From NCBI GenBank assembly GCA_016748015.1, contig JAAOMT010000553.1:280947-344946 (forward strand): a stretch of 64,000 nucleotides of DNA, written 5' to 3'. A program made the translations under genes and the position numbers. Below, piece after piece: positions 11,822 to 25,335 of this stretch (position 1 is the stretch's first letter; each line of letters opens with the position of its first letter). The notes beneath the pieces are model-generated. The model was not told where the DNA came from. It worked only from the letters and a program-made list of their open reading frames with translations, and made no database searches. The DNA comes from Geosiphon pyriformis uo1 (taxonomy: Eukaryota; Fungi; Glomeromycota).

Positions 11822-14174
11822 ATGTCCTTTTCAAATAACGCAGGACTTACAGTTATATATGAAGCTTCGGAACAAGAGAGTGTAAATAGTAGTGCCTTAG
11901 AATTAGATAATTTACATAAGAAAGAAGATGTAGTAGAATATGTTGAAAATGACGATGAAGAGGAATATAATGAAGATAGTGACCAACAAACTTTCCTACA
12001 ACAAACCACCAACGGTAAAGTAACCACGGGTGCACGTACGCGTCGACAGAGTGATATTTTTGATTTTGATGATGAACACCTGTTCCCGCTCTCACTCACT
12101 GAAACACAACGACGTCCTACACACCTTGAGAAGGAGGTTACCTTTTGGAACGGAGTTAGTTTAGTCGTAGGTTTAATGATTGGTTCTGGGATATTTGCTT
12201 CTCCCGGGCCAGTAGCTCAACATGCGGGTTCAGTTGGGATGTCTTTAGTGGTCTGGGTGGCCTGCGGTTTGTTGGCTTGTACTGGAGCGTTGTCGTATGC
12301 CGAATTAGGGGCCGAGATTCCCTTGTCTGGTGGAGATCATGCTTATTTGTCACATGCATACGGGAGTCTCCCAGCATTTTTATTCAGCTGGACTGCAATT
12401 ACGTGTCTGAAGGTTCGTGGTCCCTCTTGTTTATTCTTTCAGATCGGTCAGTTTTAGGATATTTCAGATTTTATATATCTAATTCTCTGTTTTTTTTTTC
12501 AACAGCCGGGAGGTAACGCAATTGTAGCGATGATATTTGCCGAATACATTAATCGTATAATATACCACACCACTTTCGAAAAAGAATCAGATCATCCTAC
12601 TGATAAAACTCATCAATGGTTTAACAAATTAACAGCTTCAGCTTGTATACTACTTATTTCCTTTATCAACGCCTACAGTGTTCGACTTGCTACACGTACA
12701 CAGGATTTCTTTACAGCTTTGAAATTGATTGCGCTAGCAGTTATTGCCATAATTGGATTTGTTGTATTAGGAAAGGGTGGGTTGACAAAGAACTTTCAAG
12801 GGGACTTATTCGCGGGTAGTTCAACTGAGATGGGGGATTATGCATTGGCATTTTACTCAGGTTGGTAACTTTATCTCAAATTTTATGTATTGGGAATGGA
12901 GGCCTGGTTTAAACCACCTAAAAAGATTAGAAAGTTTAGTTAAAGTATTCATGGTAGGAGTGTAGTGGCGATGAGTTTCCTCTAGTTACCGATAGTTTTT
13001 GTATTGACTCAAATTCGAAGTTTGATTGAAAAATAGGGCTATGGGCGTACGATGGCTGGTGAGTACATGAAAAAAAGGAAAGAAGAAGGGAAGAGAGAGA
13101 TTTGGTGTCAGCAGCTGATGAAACATAAACCGAATCATTCCTATACATTTATAACTTTCTCCTCCTAATTTTAGGAATAATGTGAATTTTGTTGCTGGTG
13201 AAATGAAGAATCCTGCTCGGGATCTACCACGAGTAATCATGTTTGGTCTGCCTTTAGTAATACTATGTTATTTGCTTGCAAATATCGCATATTATGCGGT
13301 ACTACCTAACACAGTTGTCACGAATACAAACACGATTGCGCTGGTACGCTGAGTTTTCTATTCTGATAATAACCTTCTTAGTTCGTTTTTAATTCATCTT
13401 TTTTAATAGGACTTTGGTAGAAAAATGTTTGGCACAACGGGTGGTATACTATTTGCACTATGTGTAGCAGCTAGTTGTTTTGGAGCAGCAAATGGTAGTA
13501 TATTTACGGGTGGGCGTGTGATCTACGTGGCAAGTCGCGAAGGATATTTACCAGCGATATTTGGGAAAATTCATTCCACTTGGAACACCCCTACTGCTGC
13601 ATTAGCCATGCAAGCGTCTTTTACCATTGTCATGATAATTGCCGGAACTTTCGAAGCTTTGATCAATTTTTATTCGATAGCAGCTTGGGTGTTTTATTTT
13701 CTGACATCTTTTGGGCTACTAATTTTACGTTGGAGAGAACCCAATTTGCCAAGGTAGGCGACCCGATGTAAATCCAGTTCAGATTCCTAAATTCTTTATT
13801 AATGTTTGCGATCTTCCTCCAGGCCATACCGCGTATGGATAAGCACCCCGATAATATTTTGCTGCGTAGCTGTATTTTTGGTAGTAATGCCATTCATTCG
13901 TGTTCCATTAGAGTCACTTGCTGCATTAGGGTTTATTTTGGCTGGAATTCCGATCTGGCTGATTCGAGTGCATCAAAACACGTTTTCTTTCCAAGGTCAG
14001 CAATCATATATCAAATTTTCCTTATTTCCGTTTTTATAGTGATTTATTAATCAAATATTGAATCTCATATACCAACCAGCATTTAAAAACTTCATCCATT
14101 ATATTTCACAAAGCTTACGAGTGTGGCATACAAGCCACGAGTATCATAAACAGGAAACCGTAGAAATGACTTAG
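11822..14174 (+). CDS. APC-superfamily amino-acid permease, LAT/SLC7 (Mup1-like) family; multi-exon
   Basis: GLMIGSGIFASPG, YAELG..IPLSGGD, spliced [22 protein letters not shown] (22-nt microexon 13037-13058), SREGYLP, RPYRVW. GT-AG introns (e.g. 12413-12505); last exon ends ..ETVEMT* at 14174. Confidence 0.93.
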
Positions 14175-14579
14175 CATCTAATCATAATGCATTTTTTAGT
14201 ACATATAGATTCTCGGTGTTTATTTAAATAGATCGATATACCAAGTAAAATGGGAATCTCATCTAAGATTCTGATTCTTGCTGGTGTTTTTCACTCTCAA
14301 AAACAAAATCTATGCATGAAAATAAATTAGTGCCGAAATAGCCTTTGTGTTATCCTTTCATTTTGTTTTTAAAATTTGTCGTGATATCTAAATAAAATCA
14401 TCATTTAAACAAAAAAAGGAAATGTAAAATTTATTCTATACGATGAAATGGCAAAATAAACAAAATTAAAAATGTCCAGACACTATTATTAATTAAAATA
14501 GAGAATAACAAAATAATCTATTTTTTTAAACTCTAAAAACGTTCCCCTTATATGCATTGCTTTACTAAATGATCACACA

Positions 14580-16269
14580 TCACCCAGTCTTTTTTTTCGA
14601 ACTCTTCTTGCTTTTCCGACTCTTGCCTCCTGTTGGAACAGAAGATGATGTTCCAGAAGGCTCTATCTCAACATAGTCCTCTTCGGTTGCACTGACCACC
14701 ACCGATTTATCTTTATCGTCATCTTCAGTGGTTTCATCGCTAGTTTCTTTTTTAATTTTCAACGCTTTGTCACTTGGACTTGTTTCGCTTTCTTTCTTTT
14801 TGCTGTTCTTTTTCTTCTTTTTTTCTTCCTCGACTGCTTTCTTATTCTTTTTAACCTCATCAGAATCCGAAGAATAATTGAATAATTCTTTCAGTTGCCC
14901 TTTTATCAGACCGGTAATTAAAACAGAAAAGATACAAGCTGGGGACAAGTATAATAATGCTGGTTGTGCAGCTTTGAAAGTGTGCATTACAAGGATCGTT
15001 GTTAGGAGACCAAGAATGTAGGCTGTAAAACAGCTATTAAAGTAGGTAGTCTGGAATAAAGAGTGGCGACTGGCGTTTGGATTCTTTTTTATGTAAAGAT
15101 AATGATCGAAGCGTAGACATAAGGCCACGTAGATTCCTGATAAAATTGGTAGAGGCAGGCGGAAATGTAAAAAATTCAATTTCACACAATAATATTTAGA
15201 TATTAACATGAAAAGTAGATAGATTTAAAAGTACCTGGTACCACAATATCTCCTAATCCAAGCATTGTGAATTGTAATGGCTCATCAGGACCTAGGCCAA
15301 ATATTTGCTTTGGCCATACGACTTTAATGGGTGCATCAAAACTTTTGGCAACGGTGACCATGACCTCAGTACCAAATACCCAAAAGACATCGTAAAAAAA
15401 TAGACCGCTCAACAAAATCATCCCTGTCTTGAACGAATCCAATGAAAGCATTTGAATGCCATTAAAGGCGAATGCGAGACCAAACACGTTTGATGCAATC
15501 CAATTCTTCGTGGCAATGTAATACCCGGTTAATATGAAGGAAAAAATCAACGAGCCAAAATGTATCAGCGAGAAATTTGCTTTGTAGATTTCTAATTGAC
15601 GAAATTTTCAATTAGTTTATAAACTCAATATTTTATGAAGTCACTTGTAGGCTTCTTACCTTTTGATTTTTTACTCAAGGTAAATTTATAGGAGGTAACC
15701 TTAATTTTAGTATAATTTTTCACTATATATACACCCAGAGTAGTAATCGCGATGATACCTAGAAGCGAGAAATAGGCGGTGACGAGATAATTCACGTAGT
15801 CCCTATTTAATAGTTTGAAAACTAGATAAAGGCTAAATAAGACCCCAGAACCGAAAATCGGGAATAGATATGCATCCTCAGTTGATAGAGACTCGGTTGA
15901 GTTTTCATCCTCCGATGACGACTCAGTTTCGTGTGGACTCGATGAATTTATTTTTTTTGCTTTCTGATGAGTGATTTAAAATAAAATATTCAGATTAATG
16001 AAAAAAATCCATGTTTATTATCTAGAAAAAGAGTTTTGAAAACAAAAGAGACTTTATAAAAGGTAGATGATGGTCACAGAAAGTTTGCTTTTAGTTTTTT
16101 ACAAGATTTAGCTTATTATTTAGGAGTTTGCTTAACTTGCTACAAAAGTCTGTAAGCTCAACTTTTTCCTCACCTTTGGCCATTTTACAGAGGCAAAAGA
16201 GCCATAATATATTGGTGAAACTGCCATTATGCCAAGAGCGAAATAAGCGAGGAATAAACCGAAATCCAT
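14580..16269 (-). CDS. SPP: Signal peptide peptidase (presenilin-type GxGD aspartyl intramembrane protease, HM13/Ypf1 family); multi-exon
   Basis: YD motif (GLFFYDVFWVFGT), MLGLGDIVVPG, QPALLYLSP; start MDFGLF at 16269; Lys-rich C-terminus ..KKKTG. Confidence 0.94.
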
Positions 16270-16606
16270 AGTGTTTTTTTGAATGATAATATGAAAATTG
16301 GGGGAAAAGGTGAAATATTTAAAGCAAACCAATGTGGATGGTGGCGATGTGCCGTTGACAGGCTTATGAATTTGGAAAATTTTATCGATTGATGCGTTGT
16401 TTACTTTTGATTGGTATTAATAAAGAGTGACAGGAAAAACGATATTCAAACTTTTTATCTATAAAAAGAATAATAGTGATAAAACTAATTGAACCAAACG
16501 CATGGGAAGTATTTAAAGATGAATAATGTCCCACAAGTCCACGTGTGTCCATTGTTATCATCGTTCATTTCACTCAATACTTTGGAATCCCTACCACCAA
16601 AAAAAC

Positions 16607-17702
16607 ATGGCTTATTTCGGAATGCAAGAAATTCCAAATAATGTAAAGCTCGTAATTTCTGACGACCCTCTTCACCCAGCAAATCTAATTCCTGAATTAT
16701 GTCGGCTTTTCTATAACTTGGGCTGGGTCACTGGAACTGGGTGAGAAAAAGAAGGCAAAGGTTTTTATTTCGATATCCCTTGCATAACATCACTTAATAT
16801 CCTTGTCTTTGAGTGGTGGAATATCCATAAGGAAAGGGTAAGTCCTCAGGCTCCAGCTGTCATTTTAGCTCAATTAAAACGACTCTAAACATTGTAAGAT
16901 ACCACATCTCTAAAATAGTGAAGAAATATTTATAGCACCATCAGGTCAGTTTCAGAGTTCGATTTCTTGGATCTTTTGGTTTTCGTATTCAATTAAACAT
17001 ATTTCTCAATTCTCCAGGTGTTCAAAAAGAACGGATCAAACCCTATGATATCTTTGTTCTATCACTTAAAACGCGTCATCCCCTTCGAGTTCCTAAACTT
17101 CTGAAACCCTCGGCGTGTACCCCACTATTTTATAACGCCTATACAATGCGAGATGCCTTTGCTTGTATTCATACTCATTCACAAAATGCAGTGTTGGCCA
17201 CATTGTTATATCCAGGTGACACTTTTGAGATAACCCATCAAGAAATGATCAAGGGAATTCAAAGGGGGGGTACTAGAGAGAATTTAAGGTATTTTGACAG
17301 TTGTGTGGTGCCCATTGTTGAGAATACACCTAAAGAAGAGGATTTGACTGAAAGAATGGCTAAGGTAAGCGTTATTGTAAAGCTGTTTGTTTCGTGCCAT
17401 CTATTTTTCATAACTTTCAAATATTCGCTTTGAATTTGAAAAGGCCATGGAAAAGTATCCAGAAACTAACGCTGTTCTGGTGCGACGACATGGGGTTTAC
17501 GTCTGGGGTGGTAGGTCTAATTCTCATGAATTAATCGCTGTTGAATCTTGAGAGCTTTTTACATTAAATCACATCAACAGAGAGTTGGGAAAAAGCGAAA
17601 ACTATGACCGAATGCTACGATTATTTGTTCGAGATTGCGATAAAGATGAAAAATTTGGGATTGGATCCTGCGGTAAAACCTTTAGAAGGTAGTGCAGTCT
17701 AA
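16607..17702 (+). CDS. MDE1: Methylthioribulose-1-phosphate dehydratase (methionine salvage; MtnB/APIP); multi-exon
   Basis: [92 protein letters not shown]. Short exons at 16814-16837 and 16919-16944; stop TAA ends 17702. Confidence 0.95.
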
Positions 17703-18839
17703 CTGACTCATGGGAAGCATATGAAAAGCTATAAACCCCACCATCGACAAAGAAGACTCCACTGGCCACCGTTCATATTTCTCTTGTTTGCAATTCAAAA
17801 CTTAATTAGGATGAATGTCAAACAATCACACAAAAATCAAATAATATCATTTCTTTATGATATCTAGTGTGAATTCACAAATTTGATGACATAGGAATAC
17901 ATATTCCTATTAATTGTTAATAATTTTCCCAAGTATATTGCATTAAAAAAATCCAACCTAACTGTGACCTCAAATGGCTTTCAATTAAAATGGTTGGTTT
18001 ACATCTTGGTTAGCTCAGGATTCCTCACAAGTCTCAGAAAAAATGCCTCCTTATGTCAACAAAAATTTTGTGAAAACCAAATTGGAAATTTATTCAACAA
18101 AAAGCCACAATTGCCAAAATTAAGTAAATTTTCAAAAAATCCAGTTAGATTAGATACTCTGGAATATTTTGATAAACCTCAAATTTAGAAATCATTCGTA
18201 ATGAGAAATTTCTTAAAATATGTAAAATATTGGACAGAACAGACCCGACTAGATTAAATAAATAAATAAAGCATTATTAAATTATGATAATTTGAAAACC
18301 GAAAAAATTATTAAAATAAATAAATAAATAAAATAAATAAATAAATAAAATTTTATCAATCAAAGATCAAATTTACCATAAATGAAAAAAAATAATATCT
18401 ATATAGATTTATATATTATTTATTTATTTATTTATTTAATTATATTGATTAATTTGAAAAAATATTTATTTATTTTAAATAACAATTTTGAAATATTTAT
18501 TGTAATAATTTTTTTGTGATCACATAAATAACAATAACAATAAAAATAAAAATAAAAATAAAAATAAAAATAACAATAACAATAAAAAAATAAAAATAAA
18601 AACCAAATATATATATATATATATATTTTTCAAATTAATCAATATAATTAATCAATTTAAAATTTGATTATTTTTTGATTTAAAATATTTCTATGTTAAA
18701 TATTATCAAGTAGAATCTATTTAAAAATTTTTGATTTTAATATTAGATATTAGACATTAAACGTTAAACATTAGACAAAAATAATAATAATAATAATTTT
18801 TTTTTAAGAATGATTAAAAAATTAGCTGTTTAATTAAAG

Positions 18840-18850
18840 TAATAATAATA

Positions 18851-18896
<46 letters not shown>
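18840..18896 (+). repeat. (AAT)n microsatellite
   Basis: About 19 aat units with one interruption. Confidence 0.9.
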
Positions 18897-18898
<2 letters not shown>

Positions 18899-19668
18899 TA
18901 CCCAAGATGATTATTTTTTAGAGTCTCTTTCATTATGGCAGAAATTCATTTAAAATAATTAATTCATAGTTTATTTCTTCAAGAAAAAGGGAAAAAAAAA
19001 TTTCGATATATATTTGTATTTGTATTAGTCTTATTCTTTATTTATTAATTATTAAATTTATGACTAACCGAGGTTATGGACTAAATTTATTTTAAGCAAA
19101 CCCGTTTTCATTGTGATTATCAAAGGACAAAATAAGAAATCACGGGTTGTGCAGATAATCCTGGGGATCGCGGTTAAAAAGAATTTTGAAAAATGTACGT
19201 GAGAAGTTATCAGTGACAGGGTATTGATTATTTGGGGCTTTAATAGGAAAATTACGAGAGAACTCATCATTCAGGGAATAACTAAAAGCCTCATGAATGG
19301 CTTTAACAATAATTTCGGCTCAAAGCCCAAACTAAACTCTGTTCGTCCCACGATCAACGAGTCAAAATGAGCTTTATTGTATTTACACTATATGTTAAAC
19401 GACCGGATTTGGTCAGAAATATTCAAAAATTGGCAACTGCCACATGCATTGCCATAAGAAGAAATTCAAGTTGAAAGGGCTTAAATATAATTTCTAAGCC
19501 TGTTCTTAATATTCGAAATAGTGAGATTTCCTTTACAGGGTGTCAAAGTGGGAATAATTTATTCTTTATAAAAGGAAGTACTTTTGGACCCAAGAACTCA
19601 TAAAAAGAAATTTCTCTTCCAAAATCATCTCATTTTTAATAACATTGACAATCTCAAACCCTTTTAAA

Positions 19669-20426
19669 ATGATAAACCAAAAATTTTTACCAAGCCTTCT
19701 ATTCATTATCACGTTTCTCTTTTTTGTATCCATCTTACAAATGGGTAATGGGAATGCAATGCCGTTTAAACTAATTAAAAGAGGTAACATTATCAAAGAT
19801 TTCCAATAATAATTAACGTACTTTTGAAACAGGTTGCTTATAGCTCTTTTTTAAATGTTGCTCGAATATTTTACAATTTAAAGAATTGCCATTATGTGAA
19901 GGTAAGTTTTTAAAGCCGTATTTCTTTGAAAATATTTCAATATTGTTCCTAAAAGACCTTATATTCTTTATTTTTTTATTCCAGGTTTCAAATTCATAAC
20001 ACCGGCCGGAGGCGAAATTTTAAACAGAGGCGACCAGCTTCAAGTTTCCTATGCAAAAGGAAATTCTTTGGTTAGTGAAATAAATTCGATCACTGTTTAC
20101 TATAAACAAGCTGGCAAAGGTGGTGAGGTCAAGGATCTTTGGATTGGTTCGTTACCATTTGAGTCGAATGCAACTGCAGAAAAAACTGTCACACTCGATA
20201 TTCCTGATTCCGTCGACTGGGTTACCTATGGTACAGATGATAAAGCCTCTAGATTCTTGCTTAGAACTTGGGCGCGTACCTCCAAAGGACCTGATTGTGT
20301 TATTTACAGGTGAGATTTTTATTGGTATTTGAGGCAAAATTTTAATTTCTAAAATAGAAACTTAAAATTTTCTTTTTTAAACTTCATTTTTTTTATCATA
20401 GTCCTGAATTCAGTATTGCTAAATAG
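19669..20426 (+). CDS. Small secreted protein (~160 aa), possibly Kre9/Knh1-N-terminal-like beta-sandwich; 4 exons
   Basis: Exon 1 MINQKFLPSLLFIITFLFFVSILQMGNGNAMPFKLIKR (signal peptide + KR); 18-nt microexon 19884-19901 (ELPLCE); exon 19985-20309 GFKFITPAGGEILNRGDQLQVSY...GPDCVIY; last exon 20402-20426 SPEFSIAK*. All introns GT-AG and phase-consistent. Confidence 0.8.
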
Positions 20427-21547
20427 AGTATAAAAATAAACGTTTAGATTTACCAAATTAGGGTAAATTTTCATATTGTAATATTGACATCGCGAAAATA
20501 AAATATTTTCCTGTATGAGGTAGCGTTTATAAAACATTATGTAATAAAACAATTGAGATTTCGATTAAAAAATTACAATTCTTGGTTTTTAATATGTTTT
20601 TGTTAAAATAATATTTTTTATATAATTGAACAACCATTAATTATAATGTGTTATTTGTTAATGTTTTGACTGTGATTAAAATAAAAACTTATTTAAAACA
20701 GGTTAACGACAAAATTATTAAAATTTTTACTATTATATAAAATTTTGAACAATTTGTACACTATTATTAGATATGATTAATTTTTTTCTACAATTAATTA
20801 ATGGAGGCTTTTATCTTAAAAAAAATTGATTTTAACTCATATATGGGATTCTAGACCAAAATTGGCTACAATGCTAGATTATTCAGTGTGAATGTATGCA
20901 TTGTTTTATTATAGTTATATTTGAATATATTTTTTATTGATTTCAAGGTGTACAGTTAATATGCATTTTACAATATGTAGTTTCTCAGTAAATCGGGCCC
21001 ACTTTTATAAGATTGTATCCAGTAGACATAATAGCAAATTTATATTAAATAAATAGCCATATCAGGAAATTTTATTTAATATTACTTTGATCATTAATAA
21101 TATCACCTGATTCAAAAGATTTATGAATAATATTCTGCCAATTAGAATTATCGATTAATGTTAACCTAATCAATTCTCCAATCAATTAAATAATTTAATT
21201 TTTGATCAAAAACCATTCGAAGTTAAACCAAGAGCTAAATTTAAAAGCGGCTATTAATAAAACTTGTAACTATTCGTTTAGTAAAACAATACAATGAGAC
21301 AATAGGAAATTTGTTTATTTACTACAGCTACTTAAACCTATTCAATATGATTTGTGACGAATTATAGTTTGATTAATAACGACATTCAATGTTAATAAAT
21401 TGATTAGTTAACTATCTAAACACAGAGAAATAACATAAATACCAACTTCGCCTTTAAAAAATTACTTTATAAACAAAATTTTTTTCTTGTTAAAAAAAAC
21501 CCCCTATTCGAATAATAGCCTATTCAATTTTATTCACAAAGTTAACC

Positions 21548-23171
21548 ATGGAAAACAAAGAACCTAAAAGAACTCGTCCAGAGATTCATGATTGCAACAT
21601 GTGTAAATACTGCCAAGAGAGTAATCAAACGAATCAAAATGTGTGTACTGCATGTCACTTCATGTTTTTTGAAAAACTTTATCGCAACTTTTCAAGCAGC
21701 AATAAAGAAGTTGATGAAATAATTAAGAATCCACTCTATGATCATAAATATGATGGTAAATTGAAATATTATGAATGGATTCCATGGGAGGGTTTGTTGA
21801 ATATCAACGAAATTGCTAGAGGAGGGTTCGGTATAATCTATAAAGCAACCCTAATTGATGGATTAATTGATCCCTGGAGTATAAAACATCATGGCTCAAT
21901 GAAATATGAAAGAAAGAGAGTAGGATGGGAGGTAGCAATAAAAATTATGCCAACGAACAGTTCAGAGTTGTTTAAAGAGGTAAATAAACTATTATTATAT
22001 ATATTTATATTTATATAAAAATTCATATTTACCTATTATTTATTTATTTATTTATTTATTTACTGTATATTATCCATTTACTTTTTTACACTGTGTTGAT
22101 AGTTAAATATTCAAAGAGCTATGTTTATTAATAACAATTATAAAGACTTATATTATATCTCTCCTATATGGGGGATTACGCAAAACGCTGAAACACTCGA
22201 ATATGGAATTGTGATGGAGTTTGCCAGATATGGAGACATGCGAAAATATTTATCAACAAATTTTCATTCTACGAGTTGGAAACATAAATTAAAGATGGCG
22301 TATTTTATAGCTGAAGGACTGTCACAAATTCATTCTTCTGGTATGGTTCATCGTGACCTACACCCGGGCAACATCCTAAATTATAATTATGGGAATAAAG
22401 CAAGAATTGGAGACCTGGGATTATGTCAACCAGTAAACAATGAAACAACAACAATAGATATAATAACAAAAAAAGACGTGAACGAAAAAAATATATATGG
22501 AGTGATTCCATACATTCCACCAGAAGTTTTAAGAGGAAAAAAGTTTACTGAGGCTGGTGATATTTATAGTTTTGCCATGTTATTATGGGAATTAGCAACA
22601 GGAAAACCTCCATTTCATGATATTCCTCATGATCATATTCTTATAATGGATATTTTAAATGGTCAAAGACCTAAGATTACCTCCCCACTTATTCCTCCTT
22701 CTTATGCTAAACTCATTGAAAAGTGTTGGGATGTTAATCCACTGAATCGTCCTACTGCGAAAGAAGTTTACAAGAAGTTGAATGAACTAGGTTTTCTCAA
22801 TTCAGAGTTTTTAGAATCAGAAAAATACGTAAAAGAAATGTTGAAAAACGACTCGATAACAAATCATTCAACGACAACAAAGAGAAAAATTCATCCAGGA
22901 GCAGTTTTTACAAGTCGTGTTTTAACTGCACAGATCGTTGATTTTTCCAATGGTTAGTTTATCTATTTTTATATTGATTTTTTTTAGTTATTTAAATATT
23001 ATACAGTATATTAACAATTTTACTTTACTTTACTTTACTTTATTTTATAAAAGAATTAGTATATTTGCCTGAAGGTAAGAAATTAGATATATCATTAATC
23101 ATTAAATGAAATTTATACTGTTTAACATTTATTTCTCTTACTATTTATTATATTTAGACGACTCTTTATAG
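21548..23171 (+). CDS. Tyrosine-kinase-like protein kinase K1 (AMF-expanded TKL family), apparently intact
   Basis: Exons 21548-21979, 22103-22952, 23054-23074, 23158-23171. Motifs ARGGFG, VAIK, HRDLHPGN, DLG, YGVIPYIPPE, DIYSF, HPGAVFTSR; ends ..DFSNELVYLPEDDSL*. Confidence 0.9.
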
Positions 23172-25335
23172 ATCTAATCATGATTGAACATCATAATTAT
23201 TAAACTCTACAATGAGATTAATATTCTTAGTTTCAAAGGTAATAAAAAAATAATATTCGTTCTTGTTGTTTTTAAGTTTAATGTTTCATTGTTTGCTCGT
23301 TGAGTTAATCCAATATTGTAAATTCCTACCTAATCTCCGAATGTAGGTCACGATGATCACTTTTTTTCTTTTATATTCCCTCTTCCCTTGAACTTTTATT
23401 GATTAAACAGGTTTAATAATCAATAATTTTAAGTAGCTTTAGTACACAAAGAAGCCAAACTGTCTTTTTATCTAAACGAGTAGTTCTGAGATCTGTGAAT
23501 AAGAGCATAATACCTGCATTAAGCTGATTTACCGAAACTTTAAATGAAAATCAATATAGAGATCAAAGATAATTTTTTTTATGAAGTGGTAAATAAAATA
23601 ATTAAAAAACTAATCTTTGTATTTCATAAAAATTTATTTGTTATTTTAATTGAAAAATAAATTATTAAAAATAAAATATAAACTATTAATTTAATTTATA
23701 TTATTAAAAGTTACAATAAAAACTAAAAAAAACCAATGATTAATATCAATAATAAAATTAAAAAACTATTTTAAGTCATATTAATTTTAATTATTAACTT
23801 TAATATAATATTTAAATGTTGTATAATTACAATTCAAAATAATATAAATATATTAATCATGATTCATACAAATTTTGTTACATTCTCGTTTTTAATTTTA
23901 ATCTAATTAATATTAAGCTTTTTTAACATATATTTCTTTAAAAAAACTTTTATTTAATTAAAGCCAAGTATTGGTTTTATTATTATTTAAATTGAATTCT
24001 GAACTCAATATTTTTAGTTTTTGAAAATCTCTTATTTGAACAGTATTAATTAAATCAACAAAATATATCAAAAAATAAAAAAATATTTATTATTCAATTT
24101 TAAAAATGTTAAAAAATGCATAAAATTATTTTTTATTTAAAAAATTAAATCGATAAAATTTGTAATTAAAATTAAAAAAAATTTTGCTTATGATTGTCAA
24201 AAAAAAAAACCAAGTACAAAAAAAGTATTTTGAATCATAGCTGAGTTAATTCACATATGCTACAAAATTAAAACAATTTTTAAATCATAGATTATAAAAT
24301 TCAGTAATACAAATTTCTCAAAATACTAATTTTATCACAAAATTTTAAATCTATTAATTTTGACTGAAACGTTTTAATTGTTGCTAAGTAAATTTTAATT
24401 TAATTTTTTAAATTCAATTTTCCTAAGGTTTAAAATTAAAAGTTTTGATTATTTTATTAATATTTATAGAAACTAATTTTAAAAAAACAATTATATTAAT
24501 TTGATTTAAATTTTTTTTTATAGTTTTTATCAAAATTTTAAGTTTAATATTTTACTCTACATATATTTATTAAAACTAACTAATTGAAAAATTTAATAAA
24601 TTAGTATCTTTTTATTAAATAATAATAATAATAATAATAATAATAATCTAAATTTTTTAATAAAAATTTACAATTTCATAAATTAATATGTATTATTTAA
24701 AATTTTAATTTATAAATAAAGTTCGAATTCTGATATGATAAAAATATATATTTATCTTATTTTTAGCTTATTTTAAATTTTTAATAATTTTTATTAGTAA
24801 TATTTATATTAATTAATTCGATTTCATTATAGCTTTTTGTTTTTAAAATAATTGAATTTCTAATTAAATATGTACAGAATTTAATAAATTATTTTCAAAA
24901 GTAAAACAAAAATAATTAAATATGGCCAATAAATTTAAGTTTTGTTCTGATTTATTAAAAGATCTAATGAAAATAGATATGAAAATATGATATTTTAATT
25001 TAAAAATAAAAAAAAATTATTTATTTATTTCATAGAATTAAATGTATTATGTTAAAAATATTTCATATAGAAAATCTAAATATAGAATTTTAATAAAAAT
25101 TCTATTAAAAGTTTTCAGTTTAATTAATCTATCTAATTATTTAAACTTAAATTTAATTCCGAACATTATAAAATTTAGGTCTAACCCTAACCCTATCACT
25201 AGTATTATTAGTAAAAAATAGGTGTGAAAGAATACTCTTTATAATAAACTGATAAAAATTTATTATATCATATTGAAATGAATATATAAAAATATAATGT
25301 AGAGTATATAATTTTTTTTTATGGTAATTTCTTAC

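Noticed and set aside
18437-18650. ~28-bp imperfect inverted repeat around a low-complexity spacer (MITE?)
   Set aside because: Almost pure AT, with no TSD or second copy seen.
17964-19270. ORFs 17964-18188 and 19064-19270
   Set aside because: Short, no motifs or splice support; probably intergenic or promoter sequence.
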